A stretch of DNA of 64,000 bases, from NCBI GenBank assembly GCA_048939995.1, contig JBHLOY010000006.1:79877-143876 (forward strand), written 5' to 3'. Source of the DNA: Promethearchaeota archaeon (GTDB lineage Archaea; Asgardarchaeota; Lokiarchaeia; Sigyniarchaeales; SOKP01). The first letter of the stretch is position 1; each line of letters starts with the position of its first letter. The notes under the pieces are model-generated. The model saw nothing but the letters and a program-made list of their open reading frames with translations. It made no database searches and was not told the DNA's origin. Position numbers and translations under genes: made by a program. Positions 9,966 through 19,905 of this stretch are shown piece by piece.

Positions 9966-10593
9966 ATGATACAAGAGATTTTTGAAGAAATTAATAATCT
10001 AGATGAAGAACGAATCATGCAGATTATGCGACAACTCATTGAAATAGACACTTCGGTACCTCCAGGTAATTCCTATCGTGATTATGTTGATGCTTTATAT
10101 CCGTATTTTATCGAATTGGATTTCTCATTAGAAGAGGTTAAAGTTCCTGAAGAATTAATTAAACAAATTCCATACCCTTTAGAAGGGCCTCGTATTAATC
10201 TTATAGCTAAAAAAGAAATTTGAGGAGGTAAAGCATGAAATTATCGAAAGTATAAATCGAGGAAAACAAAATAGCAACGCATTAGATATTAAAATTTCTT
10301 TTAGATATGATAATCCTCCTTTAAAAATTGACCCTAATTCAAGCGTAATTAAAAGTTGGAAAAAAGCTATGGCAATCAGTAACAATCTCCTTGAGGATAA
10401 GATTCAATTAATCGGAACGGCATCTTCCTCTGATATGGGATTCGTATCAGAAATTCTCAAGAAGAATGATATTATTATAACCGGTATTGAATCCCCATCA
10501 TCTAAAGCTCATGGAGAAAATGAATTTGTTAGAATTAGGGACATAAAAACCTTAATAAAAGAACTTATTGTTTTTTTATGTGAAGAATTATAA
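9966..10593 (+). pseudogene. M20 (ArgE/DapE-like) metallopeptidase with internal deletion and frameshift
   Basis: N-fragment (LIEIDTSVPPG..Y, PRINLIA) joined out of frame near 10215-10222 to C-fragment (SSDMG, AHGENE); the HxD, D and EE metal-ligand core is absent. Confidence 0.8.
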
Positions 10594-10607
10594 TATATGA
10601 TTAATAA

Positions 10608-10631
10608 TTCGTGAAAGGGGGGTTTCACGAA
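10608..10631. promoter_or_regulatory. Perfect inverted repeat TTCGTGAAA-GGGGGG-TTTCACGAA
   Basis: 9-bp arms with 6-nt spacer in an intergenic region; operator or terminator hairpin. Confidence 0.45.
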
Positions 10632-10690
10632 AAATTTTTATTTTTATATTCTGAAGATTATTTAAGAAATAAATAGCTATATCTAAGAAA

Positions 10691-11038
10691 ATGATAAAAA
10701 AGTATTGCAGAGTAATTAAAGAACATAAAAGTTCCTTTCCCGACCCTCTAATACTTAAAAAGGGAGAAAAATTGCATGTAGAAAATAAAAATTCGGAGTG
10801 GCCCGGTTGGATTTGGTCTATTACTAAATCCGAAAAATCAGGATGGGTTCCTAAAAGTTACCTCGAAATTCATGGGAATAAGGCTATTATGTTAAGGGAT
10901 TATGATGCAACAGAGTTAACAGCCTCAATTGGAGAAGAATTTCTAATTGAAGGGAAAGAAAGCGGATGGGCATGGGTAACTTCGATAACAGGAAAATTTG
11001 GTTGGATTCCATTAGAAAATATTGAAATTATTAAATAA
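10691..11038 (+). CDS. Tandem SH3-domain protein
   Basis: Two repeats ending W.GW.W...SGWVPKSYL and SGWAW...GWIPLENI; DYDATEL. Confidence 0.85.
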   Translation: MIKKYCRVIKEHKSSFPDPLILKKGEKLHVENKNSEWPGWIWSITKSEKSGWVPKSYLEIHGNKAIMLRDYDATELTASIGEEFLIEGKESGWAWVTSITGKFGWIPLENIEIIK

Positions 11039-11093
11039 TTTCTTAAAAGAGTGATAATAAAAATAAAAAAAATTTTGAAATATTTAACAGATC

Positions 11094-11291
11094 TTAATCT
11101 TCTGTAATAGTAATAGCTTCTTCAGAGCATTGAGTTTCACAAGCTCTGCAACCTACACAATCGTCTCTGTTTTCTTCCAAAATATGTACTTTGCCTCCCT
11201 CTGGTTCTCCAAAACATTCACTAGGGCAGACCTCATAACATGTTCCACATCCAGAGCAAGCCTCCAAATCAATTTCAATTCCGAATCCCAT
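11094..11291 (-). CDS. 2[4Fe-4S] ferredoxin
   Basis: CSGCGTCYEVCP and CVGCRACETQC; likely start MGFG at 11291. Confidence 0.92.
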   Translation of the reverse strand: MGFGIEIDLEACSGCGTCYEVCPSECFGEPEGGKVHILEENRDDCVGCRACETQCSEEAITITED

Positions 11292-11427
11292 AATTAAAAC
11301 CTTTTTAGTTGTGTTTTTTTCTATATGTTCGTTCAATGTGTTTTTCAGTAATTATGAGAATAAAGTAAAAAATTTAAATTTCGTTTTTATTTTGGAAATC
11401 TTTTTCTTGAAAAAAAAAAGAAAGAAT

Positions 11428-11874
11428 TTATTTATACTTAAATTTTAAGATAAAAAATATCATACAAAGGATCCCACCCACAAGACTACCATAGAACCCT
11501 AATTCCGGCCACCATTCAAAATCACTAAATAATCCGTACACTATTCCGAAGGAACCTAAACCTATTAGAGCTAAAGTCCATGTTAAACTTGCCATTATTA
11601 ATCCTATCATTGTTAAATCCTTTGAAATGATTTTTTTTGGAATTAATTCATTTAAAGCAATTAAGAATTGAAGTATTAAAAGTATAATTATAAATATCTG
11701 TGCGATTAAATCAACTGTAGTCCAATACTCACAATATAAACAAGAATAGTAATTGTAACCATAACCAAAATGGTAGAATCCAGCGAATGGTCCAATTATT
11801 ACCATTATTAAGGCAATGATACTCAGTGTCAATATTAAGGCGGAAAAAATATCAATTTTCCTTTCTGCTGACAT
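11428..11874 (-). CDS. 4-TM membrane protein
   Basis: Four hydrophobic segments with CxxC in the first loop. Confidence 0.7.
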   Translation of the reverse strand: MSAERKIDIFSALILTLSIIALIMVIIGPFAGFYHFGYGYNYYSCLYCEYWTTVDLIAQIFIIILLILQFLIALNELIPKKIISKDLTMIGLIMASLTWTLALIGLGSFGIVYGLFSDFEWWPELGFYGSLVGGILCMIFFILKFKYK

Positions 11875-11977
11875 TTATTAATCACAAATATAATTTTTAG
11901 AGTATCTAGGGTTTAAAAGTAAATAAAATAAATTCTTTTATAATATTAGTTAAATAATTCAAGCTCAGTGAATTAAT

Positions 11978-13087
11978 TTGAGAATTATTGAGAAATGGAA
12001 ATGTCAAACTAATAAGCCATTATTGGGACTAGAATTAATGAAAAATCAAAGATTAGAAAATCATATAGTCCTATATTCTAAATCAGGAAAAATTTACTTT
12101 TTCTCATTTAATGGAATATTATCATTCGAGAGCGTTTTAACACAAAATACGCCAATTTGGAATCTTAAAATTCTTGATCTTAATAATGACAATGATCTGG
12201 AATTAATCTTTGGTGGTATGGATGGAATATTACGTGTTTTTAAAATTTCAATGCCATTATCACTAAAACCTTTATGGGAACATAGATTCAACTCTTCAAT
12301 TAGTGGGTTTTTAATGGATGATATAAATCTTGATAACCATTTAGAAATTATTGCTTATTCTCTAGATAAAAGTTTACGAGTTCTAAAGTCTTCAAATGGT
12401 TCTTTAATTTGGGGTCAACTACTTGGGGGCGGGATAGAAGATGCTTCTATATGTTTAAATAATGATCTTCCTCCTAAGAGAGAAATATTAGCATGCGGAA
12501 ACGACGGAACATTTAGGGTTTTTGAAGGAAGTAATGGAAATTTATTATGGTTTAAGAAATTCTCCAATAAAGTAAGATTTATCTCATATTTAACAAACGA
12601 GGATACAAACTTTATTTTATGTGGCGGAGATGATAAAACTGTTCATGTAATTGATATAAAAACTCAAAATGAAATTAAAAGTATTTTCTTCGATGATTAT
12701 GTATGGAAATGCTTTTCACCGCTATTTTTTCATCACAAAAAGGTATTAATAAGTTCGTATTCTTTTTCACACTTCAATCATTTAAAAAATTTAAAGGATC
12801 TAAGATTTTCTTCAAAATTGATTTGTCTAAATAACAATTTGGAAGTTGAGTGGGAATTAAAACATATAAATGTAGAGACTTTATGCCAGATTAATAAAGA
12901 TGAAGAAAAATACTTAGGTATTGGTACTACTAAAGGAGAATTGTTAATTGTAAGCGTGGACAATGGAAAAATATTAACAAGTATTTCACAACCATCAAGT
13001 GTGAATGGTTTATTATATGAATCGAATTCCAATCTCTTATTTAGCTGTTGTGATAATGGTGATCTCTTTGCTTACTTTTTAAATTAA
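11978..13087 (+). CDS. WD40/FG-GAP-like beta-propeller protein
   Basis: Repeats DLNNDNDLELIFGGMDG.LRVF, DINLDNHLEII..SLDKSLRVL, GNDGTFRVF, GGDDKTVHV. Confidence 0.75.
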   Translation: MRIIEKWKCQTNKPLLGLELMKNQRLENHIVLYSKSGKIYFFSFNGILSFESVLTQNTPIWNLKILDLNNDNDLELIFGGMDGILRVFKISMPLSLKPLWEHRFNSSISGFLMDDINLDNHLEIIAYSLDKSLRVLKSSNGSLIWGQLLGGGIEDASICLNNDLPPKREILACGNDGTFRVFEGSNGNLLWFKKFSNKVRFISYLTNEDTNFILCGGDDKTVHVIDIKTQNEIKSIFFDDYVWKCFSPLFFHHKKVLISSYSFSHFNHLKNLKDLRFSSKLICLNNNLEVEWELKHINVETLCQINKDEEKYLGIGTTKGELLIVSVDNGKILTSISQPSSVNGLLYESNSNLLFSCCDNGDLFAYFLN

Positions 13088-13139
13088 AACTTCTTTATGA
13101 TGTAAATAAAAAAAAATAGAGAGTTTTTTATTGTTCTCG

Positions 13140-13463
13140 CTAATCTTCTGAAGATTCTTCCTCTTCAGCCGCTAGTTCCTCCTCCAATTCTTCAAGTGGA
13201 ACAGGTGCGGGTGTGGTAAGCATACTGTACCCAATCCAAATGGCGATAATACAAATTAATATCACAATCAACCACATTGGCAATACAACGAATGCTTCAT
13301 AATCTAGCCAATCAACACCAAAGAATCGAAAAGCTAGATCCCACGTTGGTTGATTAAGCAACTTATCGAATATAAGATCAACGAGGGATCCCATCGTGTA
13401 AATAACTGCAATTAAAATCCCAAGAATTAAAACTATCGCACCAATAATTTTATCTTTTGCCAT
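13140..13463 (-). CDS. 2-TM membrane protein, DPM2/PIG-P-like, with acidic tail
   Basis: DKIIG..L......IYT and A...LP...........IGYSML patterns resemble DPM2. Confidence 0.5.
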   Translation of the reverse strand: MAKDKIIGAIVLILGILIAVIYTMGSLVDLIFDKLLNQPTWDLAFRFFGVDWLDYEAFVVLPMWLIVILICIIAIWIGYSMLTTPAPVPLEELEEELAAEEEESSED

Positions 13464-13628
13464 TATTATTCACTTTTAGTTTATAATTATTTTGTTATGA
13501 TAATAAGCAATTTGGTTATAGTTAATATTATTTGTTAAAATAATATTAAATTAAAACCATTCGATATGATACAATTTTAATTGTGATGATCTACTTATGG
13601 TTAATAAAAATTAAAAATCAAAAATAAT

Positions 13629-14597
13629 ATGATTAACTCGAAAAATTATGTAATTATTATCGGTTCTAGTAATATAGATTTAAACATATATTCAGAGAGG
13701 TTACCTAAACCAGGTGAAACAGTTACAGGTGGAACATTTAAGCAATTTTTAGGTGGAAAAGGAGCAAATCAGGCAGTTGCTTCAGCACGTTCAGGTTCAA
13801 GAACTATTTTTATAGCCAAAATAGGTAAAGATGTTTATGGGGAGCAAATGATCTCTCAATTAAGAAATGAAGGAGTTGATACAAATTACATTCTTAAAGA
13901 TAATATTGAATCAAGTGGAATCGCTTTCATAATGATTGACAAAGATGGGGAAAATATGATAAGTGTTGCACCAGGAGCTAATACTAAATTATTGCCCGAA
14001 GATATTCGTAAATTTGCAGAATTGATTAAAAATGCGACTTCTTTAATAATACAAATGGAAATCTCAATTGAAACTATTGAAGAAGTTTTCTCAATTGCCT
14101 CTGAAGGGAGGGTAATAAAGATTCTTAATCCTGCTCCTTTAAAACCCATTCCCATTAAAATATTAAAGAAAATCGATATTCTCATCCCAAATGAAGGCGA
14201 AATAATTCGATTAAACGCATTGTTAGGTTTTAAAGAAACCCCTCTCAAAGGAAATAAAAAGATTGTCCATATCTCGAGAAATATATGCAGTTTAGGGGTG
14301 AAAAATGTGATAACAACCCTTGGTAGTAAAGGTTCCTTAATATATCTCTCAGAAAAGGATGAATATGTTGAATTACCAGCATTTAAAGTTCAGGCAGTTG
14401 ACACTGTAGGAGCAGGTGATTGCTTTAATGGAGTTATAGCAAGCAAATTAAATCAAGGAGAAGACATAATAACATCTGTAAAATATGCTACAGCTGCAGC
14501 CTCTATTGCAGTAACCAGAAAAGGAGCTCAAGAATCAATTCCATATATACATGAGATTGAAGAAAGATACCATAATTTTAATAATTCATTATTGTGA
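13629..14597 (+). CDS. rbsK: Ribokinase (PfkB family)
   Basis: GSSNID, P.PGETV, GGKGANQAVA, NPAP, PNEGE, DTVGAGDCF. Confidence 0.92.
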   Translation: MINSKNYVIIIGSSNIDLNIYSERLPKPGETVTGGTFKQFLGGKGANQAVASARSGSRTIFIAKIGKDVYGEQMISQLRNEGVDTNYILKDNIESSGIAFIMIDKDGENMISVAPGANTKLLPEDIRKFAELIKNATSLIIQMEISIETIEEVFSIASEGRVIKILNPAPLKPIPIKILKKIDILIPNEGEIIRLNALLGFKETPLKGNKKIVHISRNICSLGVKNVITTLGSKGSLIYLSEKDEYVELPAFKVQAVDTVGAGDCFNGVIASKLNQGEDIITSVKYATAAASIAVTRKGAQESIPYIHEIEERYHNFNNSLL

Positions 14598-14603
14598 GTT
14601 TAA

Positions 14604-15278
14604 TTGATAGAGAATTATTTAGATGGCCATAAAGGAACTTCTTTAAGAAAAAATGGTAAAGATAGATTGGTAATTTATATTAATGAAAGTTTTCTAAATG
14701 ATGTTTTCCTCATAAATGGGCCCTCTTTTATTACTGAAAGTTTATCAATAGGAGATTTGAGCATAGCTCCATTTGATTATTATATGTTGCTAAACAACGG
14801 GAAGAAAAAAATTAAGTATGCGGTCAATTTGGATATTTCTAAACATAAAATTATCTACAATCCATATAAATATGAACATACACAAAAAGTAAATATTGAT
14901 CCGAAACCATTTATTGATAAGTTTAATGTTCCTAAAGGTTTTGTCGATGTACTATCAAAATGGTATAGCATAAAATTCACATATCGTAAGTATAATCTGA
15001 TATATATTAAACCAGAGATGGGAATCTCAATCCAAATTCATAAATATCGAGATGAAGCCTGGGAAGTCCTAGCAGGTAAACCTATTATTATAAATGGCAA
15101 TAGAGTTTATTATTTTATTAAAAATGGTTCTCATTTTATAAATTTAAAAGATATGTTTCATTCAGTAATAAATCCGAATAAAGATCCAGAGGCCTTCGTT
15201 ATATTAAAAGAAAGTTGGAAGGGAAAATTTGACGAAGAAGATATTAGAAGAGTTTATAATCCTAATAATTATTATTAA
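14604..15278 (+). CDS. Cupin protein resembling the type II mannose-6-phosphate isomerase domain
   Basis: I.I.P...ISIQIH..RDE.W, HS..NP, E.W.G.FDEEDI.R. Confidence 0.65.
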   Translation: MIENYLDGHKGTSLRKNGKDRLVIYINESFLNDVFLINGPSFITESLSIGDLSIAPFDYYMLLNNGKKKIKYAVNLDISKHKIIYNPYKYEHTQKVNIDPKPFIDKFNVPKGFVDVLSKWYSIKFTYRKYNLIYIKPEMGISIQIHKYRDEAWEVLAGKPIIINGNRVYYFIKNGSHFINLKDMFHSVINPNKDPEAFVILKESWKGKFDEEDIRRVYNPNNYY

Positions 15279-15508
15279 ATGATATAAACCTTAATAGAAA
15301 ACTCTTTAAGGCTCGATAAAATTCACATTTTGAAGATCCTAGGGATTTGGGTCAACTTTAGGTCATAGACTTTTAAATTTTATGTTTTTCAGTTCTCTTG
15401 TTTTAATAAAATTAAAATTTAATAGATAACTTATAACCTTACATGTCAAAATAATTAAGTAAATATTAAACAAGAAATAGTAAATGGAACAAATAGATTG
15501 GTGGAAAA

Positions 15509-16054
15509 ATGGCTCCGAATGAGGAACTTGATGAAGAAGATAAAGAAGATTTAGAAGAAGAAGAATCTCCAGAGAAAGTTAAGGAAGAGATTGAAGAAGA
15601 AGATGAAGAAGAAGATGAGATCGAGGAATTAGACGTTGAAAAGGAACGTGATAAATTAAGGTTTCATTACCGCGGTAATACGCTAGAAGACTTAAAAAAA
15701 ATGAATATGGATCAGTTACTTCAATTACTCCCTTCAAGAGTCAGAAGAACTCTAAGAAGAGGATTACCTCCACGCCAGAAAAAAGTCATTGAAAGATTAA
15801 GGAGAGCTTATCGAGCAAAAAAAAGAGGAAAGGATTTAGTTGTAAGAACCCATGTTCGAGACTTAGTAATATTCCCAGAATTTGTAGGTCTTAAAGTAGG
15901 TATTTATAATGGAAGAACTTATGAAATAGTAGAAATTCGTCCTGAGATGATCGGTCATTATCTTGGAGAATTTGCTCTAACAAGAAAGAGAGTGCAACAT
16001 GGATCACCTGGTATCGGAGCAACCCGCTCAAGTAAGTATGTTCCCCTTAAATAA
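15509..16054 (+). CDS. rps19: Ribosomal protein uS19 with acidic N-terminal extension
   Basis: RTHVRD..IFPE.VG, YNG, PEMIGHYLGEFALTR, GIGATRSS. Confidence 0.97.
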   Translation: MAPNEELDEEDKEDLEEEESPEKVKEEIEEEDEEEDEIEELDVEKERDKLRFHYRGNTLEDLKKMNMDQLLQLLPSRVRRTLRRGLPPRQKKVIERLRRAYRAKKRGKDLVVRTHVRDLVIFPEFVGLKVGIYNGRTYEIVEIRPEMIGHYLGEFALTRKRVQHGSPGIGATRSSKYVPLK

Positions 16055-16077
16055 TATTAAGAAGAGAGATAAAGAGA

Positions 16078-16557
16078 ATGCCTAATTGGGATTATTCATT
16101 TGTAGAACAAAAGTATGATGCTGAGAGATTAGCTAAAGCATCTGGGAGAGATTTACGAATCAAACCAAAGCATGCTAGAGAAATCTGTGCAGTAATAAAA
16201 GGTATGAAAATTGATAGGGCTAAATCATATTTAGAAAAAGTAATTCAAATTAAACAATCTGTACCATTCAGAAGATATAAAAAGAAACAATCACATCGTA
16301 AAGATTTAAAGCAATTCAAATGGTATGCAGGAAGATATCCACAAAAGGCAGCTGCTAGAATTTATGAAGTATTATCCGCAGCTGAATCAAATGCAGAATA
16401 TAAAGGATTAGATATTGAAGCATGTCGAATAATCCATACGGCAACTCATCGTGGAAGGATTATTAAAAGATATATCCCTCGTGCTCATGGAAGATCGAGT
16501 GCAAAATACAGACATCTCTCGCATGTTGAAATTGTTGTTTATGAATTTCCAAGTTAG
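16078..16557 (+). CDS. rpl22: Ribosomal protein uL22
   Basis: VPFRRY, GRYPQKAA, PRAHGRS. Confidence 0.97.
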   Translation: MPNWDYSFVEQKYDAERLAKASGRDLRIKPKHAREICAVIKGMKIDRAKSYLEKVIQIKQSVPFRRYKKKQSHRKDLKQFKWYAGRYPQKAAARIYEVLSAAESNAEYKGLDIEACRIIHTATHRGRIIKRYIPRAHGRSSAKYRHLSHVEIVVYEFPS

Positions 16558-16598
16558 GAGTTAATAAGAAAAAATTATAACAGAATGAGTGAAAAAAA

Positions 16599-17381
16599 TT
16601 GAGTCCCTTATCCCGACATTTTATAGAACAGGGTGTTAAGATGATGCAGATAAATGAGTTTCTTAGATCTGAGCTTGTACGTGCTGGTTTCGCCGGAGTA
16701 GATATCCAGAAGACTCCTTTGGGAGTAAGAATAACATTGAAAACTTCACGTCCAGGTTTAGTAATTGGAAAGGGTGGAAAGAGAATTCAGGAAATCACAG
16801 ACATCTTACAGGAAGAATATGGCTTGGAAATGCCCCAGATAGAAGTAGAAGAGGTCCAAAATCCAGATCTAGATGCTCAGATTATGGCTGAGAGGTTAGC
16901 ATACAGTCTTGATAGAGGGCGACATTATCGTAGAGCTGGATATTACATATTACGTAAAGTGATGGATGCAGGAGCAAAAGGAGTAGAAATTAGAGTAGCT
17001 GGCAAGGTAACTTCACAGAGAGCGCGTTCACAGATATTTAGAGCTGGTACCATGACCAAATCAGGACAGCCCGCTGAAACTGGAGTTGATAAAGGGGTTG
17101 CTCAATGTATTCAAAAAAGTGGAGTCCTTGGTGTAATTGTTAAAATAATGAAAGCAGATACCAAGATGGGCGATGACGTAAAAATTCATGATGATGAATT
17201 AGCTAAAGCACAAACTAAAGCAAAAGCAGCCGAAAAGAAAACAAGAATAGAAAAAATAGCAGAAAAAGAGTATGAAGTTACTGAAGAAGAAGTTGAATTA
17301 AGTAAGGAGGAAAAAGATTTAATAGATGAAGTGGATGAAGAAGATGTTTCAGAGGTATCAATTGAACCAAATAAAAAATAG
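16599..17381 (+). CDS. rps3: Ribosomal protein uS3
   Basis: RPGLVIGKGG, P.LDAQIMA, GAKGVEI, GVLGV.VKI. Confidence 0.97.
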   Translation: MSPLSRHFIEQGVKMMQINEFLRSELVRAGFAGVDIQKTPLGVRITLKTSRPGLVIGKGGKRIQEITDILQEEYGLEMPQIEVEEVQNPDLDAQIMAERLAYSLDRGRHYRRAGYYILRKVMDAGAKGVEIRVAGKVTSQRARSQIFRAGTMTKSGQPAETGVDKGVAQCIQKSGVLGVIVKIMKADTKMGDDVKIHDDELAKAQTKAKAAEKKTRIEKIAEKEYEVTEEEVELSKEEKDLIDEVDEEDVSEVSIEPNKK

Positions 17382-17405
17382 AAAATAAGGATTAAGTGAA
17401 AAAAG

Positions 17406-17615
17406 ATGCCCGAAATTATAACTGCTGAAAAAGTCCGGCAAATGGATGAACGAGAGAGAGAAAGGACTCTCATTACATTAAAAGAAGAGTTAATGATGTT
17501 ATATAGTCAGCAAACTGGTGGTGGTATTGCTGATAATCCAGCAAAGGCAAAACTCTTGAGAAAGCAAATAGCTAGAATATTAACTGTCAAAAACGAAGAG
17601 AGATTGAAAGAGTAA
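17406..17615 (+). CDS. rpl29: Ribosomal protein uL29
   Basis: NP......RKQIARILTV; operon position. Confidence 0.95.
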   Translation: MPEIITAEKVRQMDERERERTLITLKEELMMLYSQQTGGGIADNPAKAKLLRKQIARILTVKNEERLKE

Positions 17616-17616
17616 A

Positions 17617-17910
17617 ATGATTAGCCCCAAATATATGATCTATCATGACTTAATTGGATTTCACACTTATGCAAAATTAAAATCAAAAGCAGAAAGCTCA
17701 GATTTCAACTATCTAGGAATTATAATAGATGAAACTAATAATATGCTTATAATTGAAAAAACTAACCAAATTAAAAAGTATATAAAAAAGGATTATATTT
17801 TCAGATTCAAATTAAATGAAGATTTATTAGAAGTTGATGGTACCAAGATTGTTGGTATTCCAGAAAATAGGTTAAGAAGTTTAAAAAAGAAGAAAAGGAT
17901 GAGAAAATAA
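17617..17910 (+). CDS. rnp1: Ribonuclease P protein subunit Rpp29/POP4
   Basis: HDLIG, G.IIDETNNML, VDG..I.G.PE.RL; conserved position. Confidence 0.9.
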   Translation: MISPKYMIYHDLIGFHTYAKLKSKAESSDFNYLGIIIDETNNMLIIEKTNQIKKYIKKDYIFRFKLNEDLLEVDGTKIVGIPENRLRSLKKKKRMRK

Positions 17911-17911
17911 A

Positions 17912-18262
17912 ATGAGCATTCGAAATATTGGTATTCCCGGAGTAACACCCCCTAAAACAAAGGATTGTGATGATAAATATTGTCCATTTCACGGGACAAC
18001 AAGAATTCGGGGCAAAATAACAAGTGGAATTGTAGTGAGTAAAAGATCTAGGAATAGCATAATAATTAGAAGAGATTATCTTCATTTTGTTAAAAAATAT
18101 CAACGATATGAAAGGCGTAATACACGTCTTGCATGTCATTTACCAGATTGTTTAAAAAATGAAATAAAATTAGGAGATTTAGTGCGAGTAGGTGAGAGTA
18201 GAAAAATCTCTAAAACAAAAGCATTTATTGTATTGGATAAAATATCACGTGAGGGGATTTAG
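17912..18262 (+). CDS. rps17: Ribosomal protein uS17
   Basis: CDD.YCPFHG..RIRG, KKYQRYERR, ISKTK. Confidence 0.97.
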   Translation: MSIRNIGIPGVTPPKTKDCDDKYCPFHGTTRIRGKITSGIVVSKRSRNSIIIRRDYLHFVKKYQRYERRNTRLACHLPDCLKNEIKLGDLVRVGESRKISKTKAFIVLDKISREGI

Positions 18263-18688
18263 ATGGGAACAAGAAGAAAAACAGGAAGAAAGAAGATGGT
18301 GAAGCCTCGGACTAGTTATGGTCTACAAAATTCTTCAAGAATATTCATCACAGATAACTCTGGAGCAAAAATTGCGGAAATAATTAACGTTGATCACGCT
18401 AAAACAAGGTTAAGGAGGTTACCTAAAGCAACTGTAGGTTCAGTTTGTTCAGTGACAATTAAAAAAGGTCGACCTGATATGCGAGGTAATATCATGAAGG
18501 CCGTAATTGTACGCCAAAAAAGGATTTATAAAAGAATAGATGGAACTCGTGTTTGTTTTGAGGATAATGCTGGAGTAATAATAAGTAAAGAAGGTGACCC
18601 CAAAGGAACCGAAATTAGAGGCCCAATAGCAAGAGAAGCAGCTGAATTATTCCCTCGTTTAGCATCTATCTCATCCTTAATAATTTAA
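18263..18688 (+). CDS. rpl14: Ribosomal protein uL14
   Basis: DNSGAK, KKG.P, FEDNA.V, KGTEIRGPIARE. Confidence 0.97.
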   Translation: MGTRRKTGRKKMVKPRTSYGLQNSSRIFITDNSGAKIAEIINVDHAKTRLRRLPKATVGSVCSVTIKKGRPDMRGNIMKAVIVRQKRIYKRIDGTRVCFEDNAGVIISKEGDPKGTEIRGPIAREAAELFPRLASISSLII

Positions 18689-19141
18689 TTGAAAAAAGTG
18701 AGAATAACTGTGAAAATTACTTCAAAAAAGCCAGGAAAGCAAAGAAAAGCATTGTTTAATTATAAAAATCACCAAAGAGCTAAATTATTATCAACTAAAG
18801 TAGCAGATTTCCTTAGAGATGAATATGGAATAAAAAGGCTCCCATTAAGAGTTGGTGATCAAGTAAAAGTGTGTAAAGGAGAATTTAAAGACTTCGAAGG
18901 GGAAGTTCTGGAAATTACTAAAAATCAAAGAGCGAAAATAAAAGAGTGTCAATTTGAAAAAGCAGATGGAACTCAATTTAACCCTTCAATCCATATTTCC
19001 AAGCTTGTTTTGACAAAATTAGGCAAGGAAAAGAAATTAGATACATGGAGGGCCAATATGATTGAAAGAAAAGCTTTATACGTATTTAGTGAAGAAGAAT
19101 TGATTGCACCAAAAAAATTAAAAGAGGAGGAGAATAAATGA
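18689..19141 (+). CDS. rpl24: Ribosomal protein uL24
   Basis: S.KPGKQRK, LR.EYG...LPLR.GD.V.V..G.FK; true start may be GTG near 18710. Confidence 0.95.
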   Translation: MKKVRITVKITSKKPGKQRKALFNYKNHQRAKLLSTKVADFLRDEYGIKRLPLRVGDQVKVCKGEFKDFEGEVLEITKNQRAKIKECQFEKADGTQFNPSIHISKLVLTKLGKEKKLDTWRANMIERKALYVFSEEELIAPKKLKEEENK

Positions 19142-19893
19142 CCCGGCATGGAGGAAAAAAATCATTAAAAAGACTTAATACTCCTAAGTTTTTACAAATT
19201 AAAAGAAAGCATGGTACATTCTTTATAAAAACTTCTCCTGGACCTCATCCTAGTCGATTTTGTTTACCACTACTTCATATTGTAAGAGATAATCTTAAGA
19301 TTGTAAACTTTCAGAGAGAAGCAAAAAAATTGATTGGCCTAGGCTATTTGAAAGTAGATGGAAAAACAATTAAGGATAAGGCTTTTCCTGTGGGATTGAT
19401 GGATGTATTAACCATTGAGAAAATGAACAAACATTATCGCATACTTCCAGATTCTCATTATGGTTTAATACTCCATGAAATTTCTGAAAACGAGAGTAAT
19501 TATAAATTATGCCGAATTAATGAAAAAACTACCGTTAAAGGTGGAGATATTCAATTAAACTTACATGATGGCAGAAATATTTTAGTCCAAGTCGAAGATC
19601 CCCAAAATCCTAAAGAGGATATATATAAGAGGATGGATGTTTTAAAGATAACAATTCCAGAACAAGAAATTGAGAAAGTCATTAGATTTAAAGAGGGTAA
19701 TATAGCTATTATTATGGCAGGGAAAAATATTGGTCAAATTGGTAAAATTATTAATATTTTAAAACGATTTGGCCCTAAAGCAAGCACGGTTTCCATCCAA
19801 CATAATTCAGAACACACTGAGACATTGTATGATTATACTTTTGTTATTGGAGAAGCTAAATCTGAAATAAGCCTTCCACAAATTGAGACATAA
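19138..19893 (+). CDS. rps4e: Ribosomal protein eS4
   Basis: LKRL..P, PGPH, FPVGLMDV, QLNLHDGRN. Confidence 0.97.
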   Translation: MTRHGGKKSLKRLNTPKFLQIKRKHGTFFIKTSPGPHPSRFCLPLLHIVRDNLKIVNFQREAKKLIGLGYLKVDGKTIKDKAFPVGLMDVLTIEKMNKHYRILPDSHYGLILHEISENESNYKLCRINEKTTVKGGDIQLNLHDGRNILVQVEDPQNPKEDIYKRMDVLKITIPEQEIEKVIRFKEGNIAIIMAGKNIGQIGKIINILKRFGPKASTVSIQHNSEHTETLYDYTFVIGEAKSEISLPQIET

Positions 19894-19905
19894 TTAAAAT
19901 AAGAG

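Noticed and set aside
10221-10223. TGA of the M20 fragment as a selenocysteine codon
   Set aside because: The downstream homologous part is in another frame, the catalytic core is missing, and this is not a Cys-type position.
15335-15365. Weak hairpin upstream of uS19
   Set aside because: Relies on several G-U pairs and matches no recognisable ncRNA motif.
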